A DNA stretch of 64,000 nt. It comes from Desulfomonilia bacterium. GTDB lineage: Bacteria; Desulfobacterota; Desulfomonilia; UBA1062. The notes below the pieces were generated by a model. That model was not told where the DNA came from. It searched no databases and was given only the letters and a program-made list of their open reading frames with translations. Position 1 is the first letter of the stretch, and each line of letters opens with the position of its first letter. This document shows, in pieces, positions 10,101 through 19,703 of the stretch. Where the stretch lies: contig CAXXDQ010000007.1 in NCBI GenBank assembly GCA_963664325.2, positions 512,001 to 576,000 on the forward strand. Direction: 5' to 3'. Both the position numbers and the translations under genes were made by a program.

Positions 10101-10434
10101 CATCAACAATGCAATCGATGCAATAACCGGCGAAGCCAGAAGCAATGTGGATTACAACCGTGATACGGAAGGCGGGATCATTAAAATCAGTTCTTCGATG
10201 GAAAACGGCATGGTGACGGTCAAGATCGAAGATACAGGTTCCGGTATTGAGGAAAATGATATTGAGCGTATTTTCAAACCTTTCTTTTCAACCAAGAAAG
10301 GCACCGGTATGGGAATCGGGCTCCCCATATGCAGGACAATTATTGAAGAAAACGGAGGGACCCTGACGGCATCCAATTCCTCGCAATACAAAGGCGCTGT
10401 TTTTACTGTAAAACTACAGCCTCATAAGGATTGA
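7117..10434 (+). CDS. multi-PAS/GAF cytoplasmic sensor histidine kinase
   Basis: Repeated PAS/PAC segments and a GAF segment; H-box VAHEINSPL, N-box NIINNAIDA, DTGSG, FFSTK and GTGMGIGL. Confidence 0.93.
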   Translation: MNIKEYTLSKKDAESLRERVITLENSIKELEDIRLKYECLFDRSIESIYIHDLKGRMLDINRAGLDLTGYAKEEIPGMNLSDFLNDNQVKQAIDLIDDVINEDSPIHPVEFKIRRKDDSWLVVEVFPSPVFKNGKPVAVIGVCRDVTDRKNYEEAIQESEKNFRAIAENAGAGILVITGEDGRFSYVNRMFAALSGYSLHELRYKTIKDLSPAENITSLLARHSAILKGGTFKKIIEAELLRKDGTVIPVEMIGARTSWKGEHADLVLIYDISARRKDADLSIIDHEDLYKLALEAGKLRFWEWNSKTNEFHTPSGSPDHSEWGFKGSVEDFFNYIPAEDREIINQIYDEVRNGKDHFSFKVRFFRDNIKTIWGQIEGKVYRDSSGTAERVIGIAKDVTEQVSAEAEKAEMIREKTEILDAMEEGLISFDLSGKIIEANPAYLKMIGFKREELIGMSGLEMISETVEHEDAERIFELFPDAASGKMLPSFDITVLSRDGRKTPVHLTMSYLRDSTGKPRGIVFFITDITYQKKAWDLVKFSRDELEFRLNDANIELKDTIEMLDEQINNKTRLEELIKQQRDLAIRLSATTDYDDLITHTMSMAMGIPGIDCAAIHIINRETGDLEIKAHEGLSEGFINTISNFGPDSSQMKLVMKGLPVYGLYPLLFPNVSKVRRMEGVRGYAVIPAVYEKKAIAVLTIASRTLDEVPLYAREFFETIATQAGAALFRMWTEDDLRKKHTELLESEEKYRSLVESMNEVFFIINTEGLITYLSPSAGKIVGYSRDEIIGMHFLDFLPPEDRNKTENLFLDALSGNFDEREYRILDKWGNIRWVQVSVKKSYIKNQLAGLQGIIADITQQKLLQQRLVLSERMAATGQLAASVAHEINSPLQAITITLSSMKKMAKSTPDLSEGIDLLKGAFASISSTVKNLLDLNRPGMDEKKLSDINDILTKTASLVNSQLKQNKVRVIMELGKDLPLINVSTQHVGQVFLNIINNAIDAITGEARSNVDYNRDTEGGIIKISSSMENGMVTVKIEDTGSGIEENDIERIFKPFFSTKKGTGMGIGLPICRTIIEENGGTLTASNSSQYKGAVFTVKLQPHKD

Positions 10435-10437
10435 ACC

Positions 10438-11016
10438 ATGATGAAGCATGAGCTCCTCATTGTTGATGATGACGACAATATCAGAAAGGCAATAGGGATA
10501 AGCCTTGCATCAGAAGAGAGGAATATAACACTGGCTGCAAGTGCGGAAGATGCAATCGAACTGATCAAGACTAAGAAATTCGATCTTGTCATAACCGACC
10601 TCATAATGGGAAGACTCGGCGGCATTGATGTTTTGAGGGAGGCAAAGACAATTTCCCCTGACACAATGGTGATAGTCCTTACAGGTTATGGTGATCTTTC
10701 ATCGGCGATCGATGCGTTGAGACTTCATGCAGATGATTATCTCCTGAAGCCTTGCGAGGATGAGGAAATGTCCGAACGGGTGGAGAAATGCCTGAAAACG
10801 GCTGACATGAAAAACCGCCTGAAAATCTATGAAAACATGCTGGCCGTATGCTGCAACTGCAAAAAAATAAGGGACGATGAAGGTTTTGAAAAAGGTGATG
10901 GCAACTGGATGAGTGTCGAAGAATATATGTTCAAAAAAGTCAAGCTTATGCCGACAAGCACCTATTGCCCGGTTTGCGCCGGGAAGGCCAGTGCTGAACT
11001 GGATAAAAAGAAATAA
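10438..11016 (+). CDS. response regulator with a C-terminal Cys-rich (CxxC...CPxC) domain
   Basis: LIVDDD, ITDL, LTG and KP receiver motifs; tail CCNCKKIRDD...YCPVC. Confidence 0.9.
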   Translation: MMKHELLIVDDDDNIRKAIGISLASEERNITLAASAEDAIELIKTKKFDLVITDLIMGRLGGIDVLREAKTISPDTMVIVLTGYGDLSSAIDALRLHADDYLLKPCEDEEMSERVEKCLKTADMKNRLKIYENMLAVCCNCKKIRDDEGFEKGDGNWMSVEEYMFKKVKLMPTSTYCPVCAGKASAELDKKK

Positions 11017-11047
11017 GAAACAGAGTCGGCCTTAAGAAAATCCGGCC

Positions 11048-12700
11048 TTACATATACCTTTTTTCAAGCCTGCTGAGCGTATATGTTTCTATGCCACTGA
11101 CAATATCATTTCTGAGCCTTAAAAGCCTGGTATCCCCCTTTAAATATTCATCAAGGAAGCCCATTCTTTTTTCGGGGCTTACGGTCCCGTAAAATGATGC
11201 ATTCAGATAACTGAGATTTTTAATTATATTGTTCGGCGTTAAGAATCGTTTGAACCTGAGCCTGTCGAGATCGATCAGATAAATATTTCCGTTCTCATCA
11301 CAAAGAATGTTCTCGCCCTTTAAATCCACATGAAAAACCCCTGTTTCATGCATTCTTCTCATGTATGCAGCAGTGACTTCCGTCAGCCTATCGGAACAGG
11401 AACCGCCTGAAACTATTTCCACAAGGTTCCTTGCATTCACGGCCTCTGTTGCAATAAACGATACCGCAAGAATGCCAAGGACTCTCTTTTCACATGCGAA
11501 TATCACCCCCGGCGTATTGAGACCGGTTGATTCGAGCATCAGTGCCGCTTCCATTGCCTTGAGCGCCCTGCTCTTCCTGAATAGATTCTTGATGGAATCC
11601 TTTATACCCTTATAATTGTAGCGTTTAAGAAAGATCCTTCCTCCTTCGAAATCCCCGTTTTTGACAAATGTGGTCTTTGAACGGTTGATCACCAGAGGCA
11701 GGCTTCCCATTATTTCGACAGGGTTTTTATCAGGAAATTTTCCTCCTTGAGGAATAAACCATTTGAACCCGTATTGCCTTTTAACCGAATAGACGGGTTT
11801 GTTCTTTTCCAGTCCGAAACCCCGGGGCATCCCTGAAATAAGCCAAAGAAAGACGGAAATCGAACGGATCATCCTCTTCCTGTGTTTATCAATGAAACAA
11901 AGAGGCAGGTTAGTCAGCGCTTCAACAACTGATTTGATCAGCGTCAGTATTATAAAAAAATCTGCCCTGACATCACCCCCATGCTTGAGAAAAAACCGGT
12001 GCATTGAACGGACAAATTCGATTGTCCGGGCTATGTCTGTTTTTTTTGCAGAGACGCCCTGATTGTGGACCAGCTTCAACCCTGGAAGGTGCCATACCTC
12101 AAACCCGGAAGCTTTTGCACGTTTGCACAAATCGGTTTCTTCCAGGTAAAAGAAAAAACCCTCGTCAAGAAGGCCTGTCTTCTCAAGCATTGAACGCCTG
12201 AGCATCATGAACGCGCCTATGACCGAAGGAACTTCAACAGGTCCGGCATATCCGGAACGCTTGCCTGGATAGGTCTTGGGAAACAATATTTTCAGCAGGG
12301 ATTTATTGATAAACTGGTTGGCCAGATTGGGTATAATATCGAAAGAGTTCTGCAGTCTGGCGTCGGGGAATATAAGCTGTATGCCGCATATACCTGCCTT
12401 TTCATTACTGATCATAAAATCCACGACTGGACTGATCACATCTGAATTAAATCTGGTATCGGGATTCAAAAGCAGTATCCACTCGCCTCCGGCTGCTTCA
12501 ATCCCCCTGTTGACTGCCCTTGCAAAACCAAGATTGCGGCTGTTTTCAATCGTTTTATCTGCCAACAAAGCTCCCAGTGGTTCCTTGGAATTGTTGACGA
12601 TAATTATTTCATGGTCTTTTCTGCAGTGTTGTCTGATTGAGTCCAGGCACCGGGTCAGTTCCATATCGACACCCATTGTAACGATTATTATGCTGACCAC
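11048..12700 (-). CDS. GT2 glycosyltransferase fused to a Kdo/WaaP-type LPS kinase
   Basis: N-terminal NLGFARAVNRG, LLNPD and FFYLEETDLC; C-terminal FLKRY, HVDLKGENIL and LIDLD. Confidence 0.85.
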   Translation of the reverse strand: MVSIIIVTMGVDMELTRCLDSIRQHCRKDHEIIIVNNSKEPLGALLADKTIENSRNLGFARAVNRGIEAAGGEWILLLNPDTRFNSDVISPVVDFMISNEKAGICGIQLIFPDARLQNSFDIIPNLANQFINKSLLKILFPKTYPGKRSGYAGPVEVPSVIGAFMMLRRSMLEKTGLLDEGFFFYLEETDLCKRAKASGFEVWHLPGLKLVHNQGVSAKKTDIARTIEFVRSMHRFFLKHGGDVRADFFIILTLIKSVVEALTNLPLCFIDKHRKRMIRSISVFLWLISGMPRGFGLEKNKPVYSVKRQYGFKWFIPQGGKFPDKNPVEIMGSLPLVINRSKTTFVKNGDFEGGRIFLKRYNYKGIKDSIKNLFRKSRALKAMEAALMLESTGLNTPGVIFACEKRVLGILAVSFIATEAVNARNLVEIVSGGSCSDRLTEVTAAYMRRMHETGVFHVDLKGENILCDENGNIYLIDLDRLRFKRFLTPNNIIKNLSYLNASFYGTVSPEKRMGFLDEYLKGDTRLLRLRNDIVSGIETYTLSRLEKRYM

Positions 12701-13653
12701 ACAGCCTCCATACGCTCTAAGACATCACGGGGCGATATGTCGCGCATGCACCTGGGATCATCACAATTGCGTTTGTTGCAGGGCGCACAGTCTTGTGATT
12801 TCCGGATTACCTCACCATACAAGGGTCCGGTCCTACCCGGATCGGATGGTCCAAACAGGGCTATAACCGGCCGGCCGAGAGCTACCGCGAGATGCATCGG
12901 GCCCGTGTCGCAGGAAACGACCAATTCGGCGCCTGCAATGATCTCCTTCAATTCGGGAATTGTTGTCTTTCCGGCAAGATTGATTACACAATCCCCGGAT
13001 TTTTCAGCAATGGACTCAGAAGAGATCACATCTTCCCTGCCGCCTGTGATTATGCTCCTGATTCCGAAGTGGGATGTGATCATTTCCGCCAGTTCCGAAA
13101 AATATTTTTCAGGCCACAAGTTTGCCTTTTTTGTGGCACCGATATTCAGCACCACATATTTTTCTGGCAAATTAAAAGGAATAATGCCCGAAACGGGTAT
13201 GTCCCAATTTATCACGGGATCGTATACTCCCAGGTATCTGGCAAAATCGAGGTACTGGACTGCCATATGCCTGCCCGCATCAGCCCTGGGTATCCTTTCG
13301 AAGGGGAACATCCATGTCGATTCCTTGCACCTGCCTTTATCGAACCCTATACGCCGTGAACTTCTTGTTGCCATTGAAAAGTAGGCGGACTTTAATATCC
13401 TCTGGAGGTCCAGAGTAATATCAAAACATTCACTCCTTAGCTCACTTAATACATAAGGAAGGGCCCTCCTCCAGTTTTTCCTCTCGAAAAGAATTACCCT
13501 GTCCACACTCGGATGCCCGTTAACTATTGGGAAACTGAGAGGCTCCACCAGCCAGGTAATACAGGCATCAATGTTTTTTTTCAGGCTGACGGCAAGCGGC
13601 AGTGTATTTATCACATCACCAAGAGCCCCGAGTTTGACAAACAGAATTTTCAT
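12688..13653 (-). CDS. GT9 LPS heptosyltransferase (WaaC/WaaF-like)
   Basis: KILFVKLGALGD, DLQ, DTGPMHLAVALG and LFGPSDP...TGP motifs. Confidence 0.9.
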   Translation of the reverse strand: MKILFVKLGALGDVINTLPLAVSLKKNIDACITWLVEPLSFPIVNGHPSVDRVILFERKNWRRALPYVLSELRSECFDITLDLQRILKSAYFSMATRSSRRIGFDKGRCKESTWMFPFERIPRADAGRHMAVQYLDFARYLGVYDPVINWDIPVSGIIPFNLPEKYVVLNIGATKKANLWPEKYFSELAEMITSHFGIRSIITGGREDVISSESIAEKSGDCVINLAGKTTIPELKEIIAGAELVVSCDTGPMHLAVALGRPVIALFGPSDPGRTGPLYGEVIRKSQDCAPCNKRNCDDPRCMRDISPRDVLERMEAVWSA

Positions 13654-13843
13654 CAGGTCTTGATATTTCATAATTATTAGTTTGGCAAGCACCTGAAATT
13701 TGCAGGTTGTTTATGGGGAGCGCCGAGTAAAGAATATTACGCTGGGGCACAGGCCTAAAAAATTTCACGGAGTTTATTTATAGGATAAATTAAGTAATTT
13801 TTTTCTGGCAGCCGAGGTATGTTTTCCTATAACTGGTTACTTC

Positions 13844-14485
13844 ATGTTCAAGGCCATTTTCTGGGATAACGACGGGGTGCTAGTCGACACCGAAGAACTC
13901 TATTTCGAGGCAAACAGAGATATTCTGGCCGGAGCAGGAATTGAACTGACCAGACAGGATTTTCTTGAACTCAGTCTTGTAAAGGGAAAAGGAGTCTGGG
14001 GGCTGGTAGAGCAGAACGGCATAGCTGATCATGAAATTGAACTGCTGAAAGAGAAAAGGAACCTGTTATACAACAAAAACCTCGAATCCGGGATTCTCAT
14101 TATCGACGGCGTCAGAGAGGTACTCGATACATTCAATGGAAAATATATCATGGGGATTGTAACCAGCGCTTACAGACATGATTTTGAAATAATCCACAGG
14201 TCAACAGGGATTCTGAAATATTTCAACTTTGTCCTTGCCGGCGGTGAATATGAAAAGTACAAACCGCATCCCGCCCCTTACCTTAAGGCCATTGAATTGT
14301 CCGGTTGCAGACCTGAGGAATGCGTCGCCATTGAGGATTCGCCGCGCGGAGTCGAATCGGCGATTACAGCAGGAATCAGATGCATAGCCATACCCAGGGG
14401 TATTTCTGAAGGGCTCGACTTTACCGGAGCATGGAAAGTCCTTTCCGACATATCTCAAGTGCCGTCAGCCCTGCTGTCTGATTAA
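13844..14485 (+). CDS. HAD-superfamily phosphatase
   Basis: WDNDGVLVDTE, KPHPAPY and IEDS motifs. Confidence 0.9.
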   Translation: MFKAIFWDNDGVLVDTEELYFEANRDILAGAGIELTRQDFLELSLVKGKGVWGLVEQNGIADHEIELLKEKRNLLYNKNLESGILIIDGVREVLDTFNGKYIMGIVTSAYRHDFEIIHRSTGILKYFNFVLAGGEYEKYKPHPAPYLKAIELSGCRPEECVAIEDSPRGVESAITAGIRCIAIPRGISEGLDFTGAWKVLSDISQVPSALLSD

Positions 14486-14488
14486 CAG

Positions 14489-15328
14489 TTAAGTTTTAAC
14501 AAGGCCCATTTCAATAAGGACTTCCAGTGCAGTCGTGAAATCAAAGTCTGCTATGAGTTTTCTAAAGCGCCCCTCTGTTTTCGACAGGTTGACATAGGTC
14601 CTGAATAAGGAAAGTGCTGACAGCCCGTTTACTCTTTGAGTGTCCGGATTGAACTCCCAGGGATGAATATAAAAAACAAAGGGATTCCCTTCCCTTTCAA
14701 CGGACTCTAATCCTCGTTTTGTAAGCATATACGGCAACAGCCTGAAATAACCGCCGCCTGCAATCGGGAAATTCAGTTTACAGAACCTTAACGTTGAAAT
14801 GGGAAACTCTGCCAGATTTTTACCCTCAATCCTGTAAGGGAACCGCTTTGCCGACGGAATCCCGTAATTGTCGTGATGGACGGGGAATATACTTGAATCA
14901 TAGGCAAAGCCGAGTTCTTCCAGGATATCAAGGGCCCACAATGTCTTTTCTGTTATAGAATAAGTGGGGGCTCTGTAACCGAAAACAGGCCCGCCAGTAA
15001 TATCTTCAATTATTTTTTTTGATTTTGACACATCATCCCTGAAAACTTGAGGGGTCTGGGAACAAATAACCTGATGGCTATAGCCATGACTTGCTATCTC
15101 GTGACCGCATTCGGATATGCGTCTGATCAGAGGTTTGTTCCTTTCCGCAATCCATCCGAGACAGAAAAAGGTTGCCTTTATATTGCTCTGCTTCAGCAAA
15201 TCAAGAATAATCGATGTGTTTGACTCTACGCCAGGGACAAATCCGTCCCAATCCTGAACTTTTATGACGTTTGAAAGGGCATGCACCTGATAAAAATCTT
15301 CAACGTCAATGGTAAGCGCATTTTTCAT
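14489..15328 (-). CDS. polysaccharide deacetylase (DUF3473 / PEP-CTERM-locus type)
   Basis: NALTIDVEDFYQ, HEIASHGYSH, GYRAPTYSI, AGGGYFRL and FYIHPWE motifs. Confidence 0.9.
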   Translation of the reverse strand: MKNALTIDVEDFYQVHALSNVIKVQDWDGFVPGVESNTSIILDLLKQSNIKATFFCLGWIAERNKPLIRRISECGHEIASHGYSHQVICSQTPQVFRDDVSKSKKIIEDITGGPVFGYRAPTYSITEKTLWALDILEELGFAYDSSIFPVHHDNYGIPSAKRFPYRIEGKNLAEFPISTLRFCKLNFPIAGGGYFRLLPYMLTKRGLESVEREGNPFVFYIHPWEFNPDTQRVNGLSALSLFRTYVNLSKTEGRFRKLIADFDFTTALEVLIEMGLVKT

Positions 15329-15443
15329 GTAAAATCTATCGGATGAACACAGTATAATAATTAGAGGTGAAATATCTTGAGCTTTGCGGCTCTTTGATGT
15401 AAGCCGGAATCGCTTTAATACAGAGTTATCGACGGAGGTTACG

Positions 15444-17255
15444 ATGAACTATTCCGAATCGACGATTGCAGGGATATTCCTGAACAGGGCTGAAAAATAC
15501 CAGTATGGAACCTGCATCCGACACAAGGAAGACGGCAAGTACAAAGATATAAGCTGGACCGAAATGAAGAGGAGCGTTATAAACCTCGGTCTGGGACTTA
15601 TCTCGATTGGAGTCAAAAAGGGAGATATTGTTGCAATTTTCTCGGAGAACAGGTGGGAATGGCTTGTTTCAGACCTTGCAATCCTATCCATAGGTGCAGT
15701 CGACGCACCTGTATATTCAACAAATTCTGGTGAAGAGGCGGCATACATAATCAATGATTCGGGTTCGAAAATTGTATTTGTTTCAGACAGGGATCATCTT
15801 GAAAGGCTTATAAGCATTAAATCAAAGATTAAGGGGGTAAAGAAATTCATATGTTTTGAACCTGCGGCGGCAAAGGGAAAAAATATAACCTCTTTTGATG
15901 AAATTATTGAAGCGGGAATTCAGGCAAAGGACAGAAAGGCGTTCGATGCGCGCCTTAATGAAATCGAACCGGGAGACCTGGCCACACTCATTTATACATC
16001 AGGGACAACAGGCCATCAGAAAGGGGTTATGCTTGCACATGATAATCTTGTGACCAATGTCCATCAGAGCTATGCCTCCCATCCCATGCTCAGCCATAAT
16101 GACGAAACGCTATCGCTCCTTCCCTGGAGCCATTCACTTGGCCGCAATATAGGCGTCTATCTCATGTATCATATCGGCGCCGTTATATCACTTTCGGAAA
16201 GCTTCGCGACAGTCTTGACCAACCTCGTTGAAACCAGACCCACCTTGCTTATCAGTGTACCGCGCCTGTTCGAAAAAATGTATTCCGAGATACTCTCAAA
16301 AGCTGAAAAGGCGCCGCCACTCAAGCAGAAACTGTTTAAATGGGCAAAAGAAGTGGCGGACAGGTCGGTTGATTATATAGTGCAGAAAAAGAAGATGCCT
16401 TTCGGGCTCGGTATACAATATGACCTTGCCGAAAAACTTGTATTTTCAAGCATCAGGTCAACGCTCGGCCTCAACAGGCTCATCGTATCGGTAAACGGAG
16501 GCGGTCCTATAGCAGGTGATATTGAAAGGTTTTTCAATGCAATCGGTATAGCCCTTCATAACGGCTACGGACTGACTGAAACTTCAACGGTTACTAATAC
16601 CAACACATTTGATGCTTTTGAGTTCGGTTCAGTAGGCAGACCCGTCGCTGACACTAAAGTCAGGCTTGCCGATGACGGTGAAATCCTTATCAAGGGCCCG
16701 CAGGTAATGAAAGGCTATTGGGGCAGGCCTGACGATACAAAAGCCGTGTTCAATGATGATGGATGGCTCATGACCGGCGATATCGGCAGGATCGATGAAA
16801 AGGGCTGCCTTTATATCACAGACAGGAAGAAAGATATTATCATTACTTCAGGCGGTAAAGGCATCTCTCCGCAGAATATAGAAAATACACTTATAACTGA
16901 TAAATATATCGAGCAGGCCGTTCTGATAGGCGATGGCAGAAAATACCTCAGCGCTCTTATTGTCCCCAATTTTGTCGAACTTTCTTCATGGGCCAGGTCT
17001 GAAGGATTGGCGTTTGATTCGAACGATGAATTGATTTCAAGGCCCGATGTGATAAAATTTTTCGAAACCAGAATAGAAAACTCCATGAAAGATTACGCCC
17101 GTGTTGAACAGATAAGGAAGTTCAGGCTGCTGCCCGATAATTTCAGTATTGACGGCGGTGAACTCACCCCGACATTGAAGCTCAAACGCATGCAAATTTA
17201 TCAGAAATATTCAAATACCATTGAAAGCCTGTACCCCGGTGAGGAAAGAGAGTAG
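15444..17255 (+). CDS. long-chain fatty acid-CoA ligase
   Basis: YTSGTTG, GYGLTET, TGDIG, DRKKD and ELTPTLKLKR; GGAGG RBS before ATG 15444. Confidence 0.92.
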   Translation: MNYSESTIAGIFLNRAEKYQYGTCIRHKEDGKYKDISWTEMKRSVINLGLGLISIGVKKGDIVAIFSENRWEWLVSDLAILSIGAVDAPVYSTNSGEEAAYIINDSGSKIVFVSDRDHLERLISIKSKIKGVKKFICFEPAAAKGKNITSFDEIIEAGIQAKDRKAFDARLNEIEPGDLATLIYTSGTTGHQKGVMLAHDNLVTNVHQSYASHPMLSHNDETLSLLPWSHSLGRNIGVYLMYHIGAVISLSESFATVLTNLVETRPTLLISVPRLFEKMYSEILSKAEKAPPLKQKLFKWAKEVADRSVDYIVQKKKMPFGLGIQYDLAEKLVFSSIRSTLGLNRLIVSVNGGGPIAGDIERFFNAIGIALHNGYGLTETSTVTNTNTFDAFEFGSVGRPVADTKVRLADDGEILIKGPQVMKGYWGRPDDTKAVFNDDGWLMTGDIGRIDEKGCLYITDRKKDIIITSGGKGISPQNIENTLITDKYIEQAVLIGDGRKYLSALIVPNFVELSSWARSEGLAFDSNDELISRPDVIKFFETRIENSMKDYARVEQIRKFRLLPDNFSIDGGELTPTLKLKRMQIYQKYSNTIESLYPGEERE

Positions 17256-17268
17256 TCTTTCCTCCTTT
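17241..17268 (+). terminator. hairpin spanning the ligase stop codon
   Basis: GAGGAAAGA-gagtag-TCTTTCCTC followed by a short T run. Confidence 0.5.
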
Positions 17269-17404
17269 AATAATTTCAAAAACATCTCAGAAAACAGTGG
17301 ATTGCATACCATCTTTATCATCCTTGAATTCTTTCAGAGTCCCTTAAAAAAATATTTTGAAATATTTTTATTTTTTTCTAAATATTCTTGTAAGCCCTGC
17401 CGAA

Positions 17405-17452
17405 ACACTATATATGGTTGATATTCTCGGCCATCGACACTATATATAGCGC
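17405..17452 (+). promoter_or_regulatory. tandem NrdR boxes
   Basis: ACACTATATATGGTTG (17405) and ACACTATATATAGCGC (17437), 32 bp apart, directly before the nrdD RBS; both match acaCwAtATaTwGtgt. Confidence 0.9.
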
Positions 17453-17463
17453 AGGAGGATGTA

Positions 17464-19680
17464 ATGTTCGATAAGATCAGGAAGAGGGATGGAAGAGAGG
17501 TGACCTTCGATGCATCAAAGATCACCGAGGCTATAGCCAAGGCCGGAGGCGCAACTGGAGAATTCGGTGATGATGTAGCCGGAAGGCTTACTTTGCAGGC
17601 ATTAAGTTTCGCGCAGCAGACCATCAAAGGGGTGCCCACTGTTGAAGGGATACAGGATATCGTAGAGTATGTCCTGACCACCTCCCCTTTCAAGGCTACT
17701 GCGAAGTCATATATCATTTACCGGGATCAGCATGCCAAGATCAGGGAAATAAAGGCAGGCATCGGCGTTGATCTCATTGATCAATATCTTCAACAGCTTG
17801 ACTGGCAGGTAAACGAGAACAGCAATATGGCTTTCTCTCTGCAGGGACTGAACAATTACATATCATCCGAAATCAGCAAGATATACTGGCTTAACAAGAT
17901 ATACCCTCCGGAGGTAAGGAACGCCCATTCGGAAGGCGATTTTCACCTTCACGATCTGAATATACTTTCGGTTTACTGTGTCGGATGGGATCTTTACAAC
18001 CTACTGCTGCAGGGATTCAAAGGGGCTGCGGGCAAGGTGGAAAGCAAACCGGCAAAGCATTTCAGAACAGCGCTCGGACAGATCGTAAATTTCTTCTATA
18101 CGCTTCAGGGAGAGGCGGCCGGTGCACAGGCGTTTTCCAATTTTGATACGCTCCTGGCGCCTTTTATCCGGTATGACGGCCTCGATTACAGTCAGGTCAA
18201 ACAGGCCCTTCAGGAATTTATCTTCAACATTAATGTGCCGACCCGTGTGGGCTTCCAGACCCCCTTCACCAATGTCACACTGGACCTCAAAGTGCCATCA
18301 TTCTATAAAAAGCAGGGAGTGGTCATAGGCGGAAAGATAAAGGACGCCGTATACGGTGATTTCCAGAATGAAATGGACATGTTCAACAAGGCATTCGTGG
18401 AGGTCATGACCGAAGGCGATGCAATGGGAAGGGTCTTCACATTCCCCATCCCCACCTACAACATCACTTCCGACTTCGAGTGGGACAATCCCGATCTCGA
18501 TGGCCTGTGGAAGATGACCGCCAAATACGGCGTGCCATATTTTTCCAACTTCATAAACTCGGATATGAAGCCTGATGATGCGAGGAGCATGTGCTGCAGG
18601 CTCAGGATAGACAACCGGGAACTCCAGAAAAGGGGCGGCGGTCTTTTCGGTTCGAACCCGCTCACAGGCTCAATAGGCGTCGTAACCATAAACCTGCCTC
18701 GCCTAGGCTATCTGAGCAAGGACAAGGAGGAATTCAAGGTGCGCCTTGAAAAGCTCATCGAAACTGCCAGCGTCAGCCTTGAGATGAAACGGAAGATCCT
18801 CGAGATGTACACTGACGGCAACCTCTACCCCTACACCAAGTTTTATCTCAATGACATAAAGGAGAGGTTCGGGGAATACTGGAAGAACCATTTTTCGACA
18901 ATAGGCATCCTCGGCATGAACGAAGCCTGCCTCAACCTTGTCGGCAGTGACATTGCCAGCAAGGAAGGAATGGCCTTTGCCCTTGAGATATCCGATTTCA
19001 TAAGAAACAAACTGGTTACATTACAGGAAACAACCGGCAGCAATTACAACTTCGAGGCAACCCCGGCGGAAGGCACTTCATACCGGCTGGCAAAGATGGA
19101 CAAGAAAAAATTTCCCGACATCATCTGTGCAAACGAGGAAGCATACAAAAACGGACATGAACCATTCTATACCAATTCGACGCAGCTTCCGGTCAATTAT
19201 ACGGATGACATTTTTGAGGCGTTTGATCTGCAGGACGATATCCAGACTAAATATACCGGCGGTACGGTGCTTCACATATACGCGGGAGAGCAGGTAAACG
19301 AGCCAGTCGTGATCAAAGAGCTTATTAAAAAACTGTGTTCGACCTACCACCTGCCCTATTTTACATTCAGCCCCACCTTCAGTGTATGCCAATCGCACGG
19401 TTATCTGTCCGGACAGCAGACGGAATGCCCGCACTGCCATTCGCAGACCGAGGTATATTCGCGTGTCACGGGTTACCTCAGGCCGATTCAGCAGTGGAAT
19501 AACGGCAAAAAGGAAGAGTTCAAGCTCAGGAAACCCTTCGAGGTCGAGAAGAATTCATTTTCCGAACACATCGCTCCGGCCAAGTCATTAAGAAAAGAAA
19601 CAAAGACGGTTTCAGCATATACGAGCGTCCTTGATAAAATGAAGGGTTTGTCAGCCGGCTGCTCAATGATAGTAGTATGA
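17464..19680 (+). CDS. nrdD: class III (anaerobic) ribonucleoside-triphosphate reductase with ATP cone
   Basis: N-terminal KRDG ATP cone, YCVGW, SMCCRL, EATPAEG, a Zn site (CxxH...CxxC) and glycyl-radical motif YSRVTGYLRP. Confidence 0.97.
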   Translation: MFDKIRKRDGREVTFDASKITEAIAKAGGATGEFGDDVAGRLTLQALSFAQQTIKGVPTVEGIQDIVEYVLTTSPFKATAKSYIIYRDQHAKIREIKAGIGVDLIDQYLQQLDWQVNENSNMAFSLQGLNNYISSEISKIYWLNKIYPPEVRNAHSEGDFHLHDLNILSVYCVGWDLYNLLLQGFKGAAGKVESKPAKHFRTALGQIVNFFYTLQGEAAGAQAFSNFDTLLAPFIRYDGLDYSQVKQALQEFIFNINVPTRVGFQTPFTNVTLDLKVPSFYKKQGVVIGGKIKDAVYGDFQNEMDMFNKAFVEVMTEGDAMGRVFTFPIPTYNITSDFEWDNPDLDGLWKMTAKYGVPYFSNFINSDMKPDDARSMCCRLRIDNRELQKRGGGLFGSNPLTGSIGVVTINLPRLGYLSKDKEEFKVRLEKLIETASVSLEMKRKILEMYTDGNLYPYTKFYLNDIKERFGEYWKNHFSTIGILGMNEACLNLVGSDIASKEGMAFALEISDFIRNKLVTLQETTGSNYNFEATPAEGTSYRLAKMDKKKFPDIICANEEAYKNGHEPFYTNSTQLPVNYTDDIFEAFDLQDDIQTKYTGGTVLHIYAGEQVNEPVVIKELIKKLCSTYHLPYFTFSPTFSVCQSHGYLSGQQTECPHCHSQTEVYSRVTGYLRPIQQWNNGKKEEFKLRKPFEVEKNSFSEHIAPAKSLRKETKTVSAYTSVLDKMKGLSAGCSMIVV

Positions 19681-19681
19681 A

Positions 19682-19703
19682 GGGCAGGCTGAACCTGCCC
19701 CTT
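19682..19703 (+). terminator. GC-rich hairpin directly after the nrdD stop
   Basis: GGGCAGG-ctgaa-CCTGCCC with only a weak U tail. Confidence 0.4.

Noticed and set aside
19678-19703. nrdD TGA followed immediately by a hairpin (possible SECIS)
   Set aside because: A second in-frame TGA follows after three codons, so recoding would add almost nothing.
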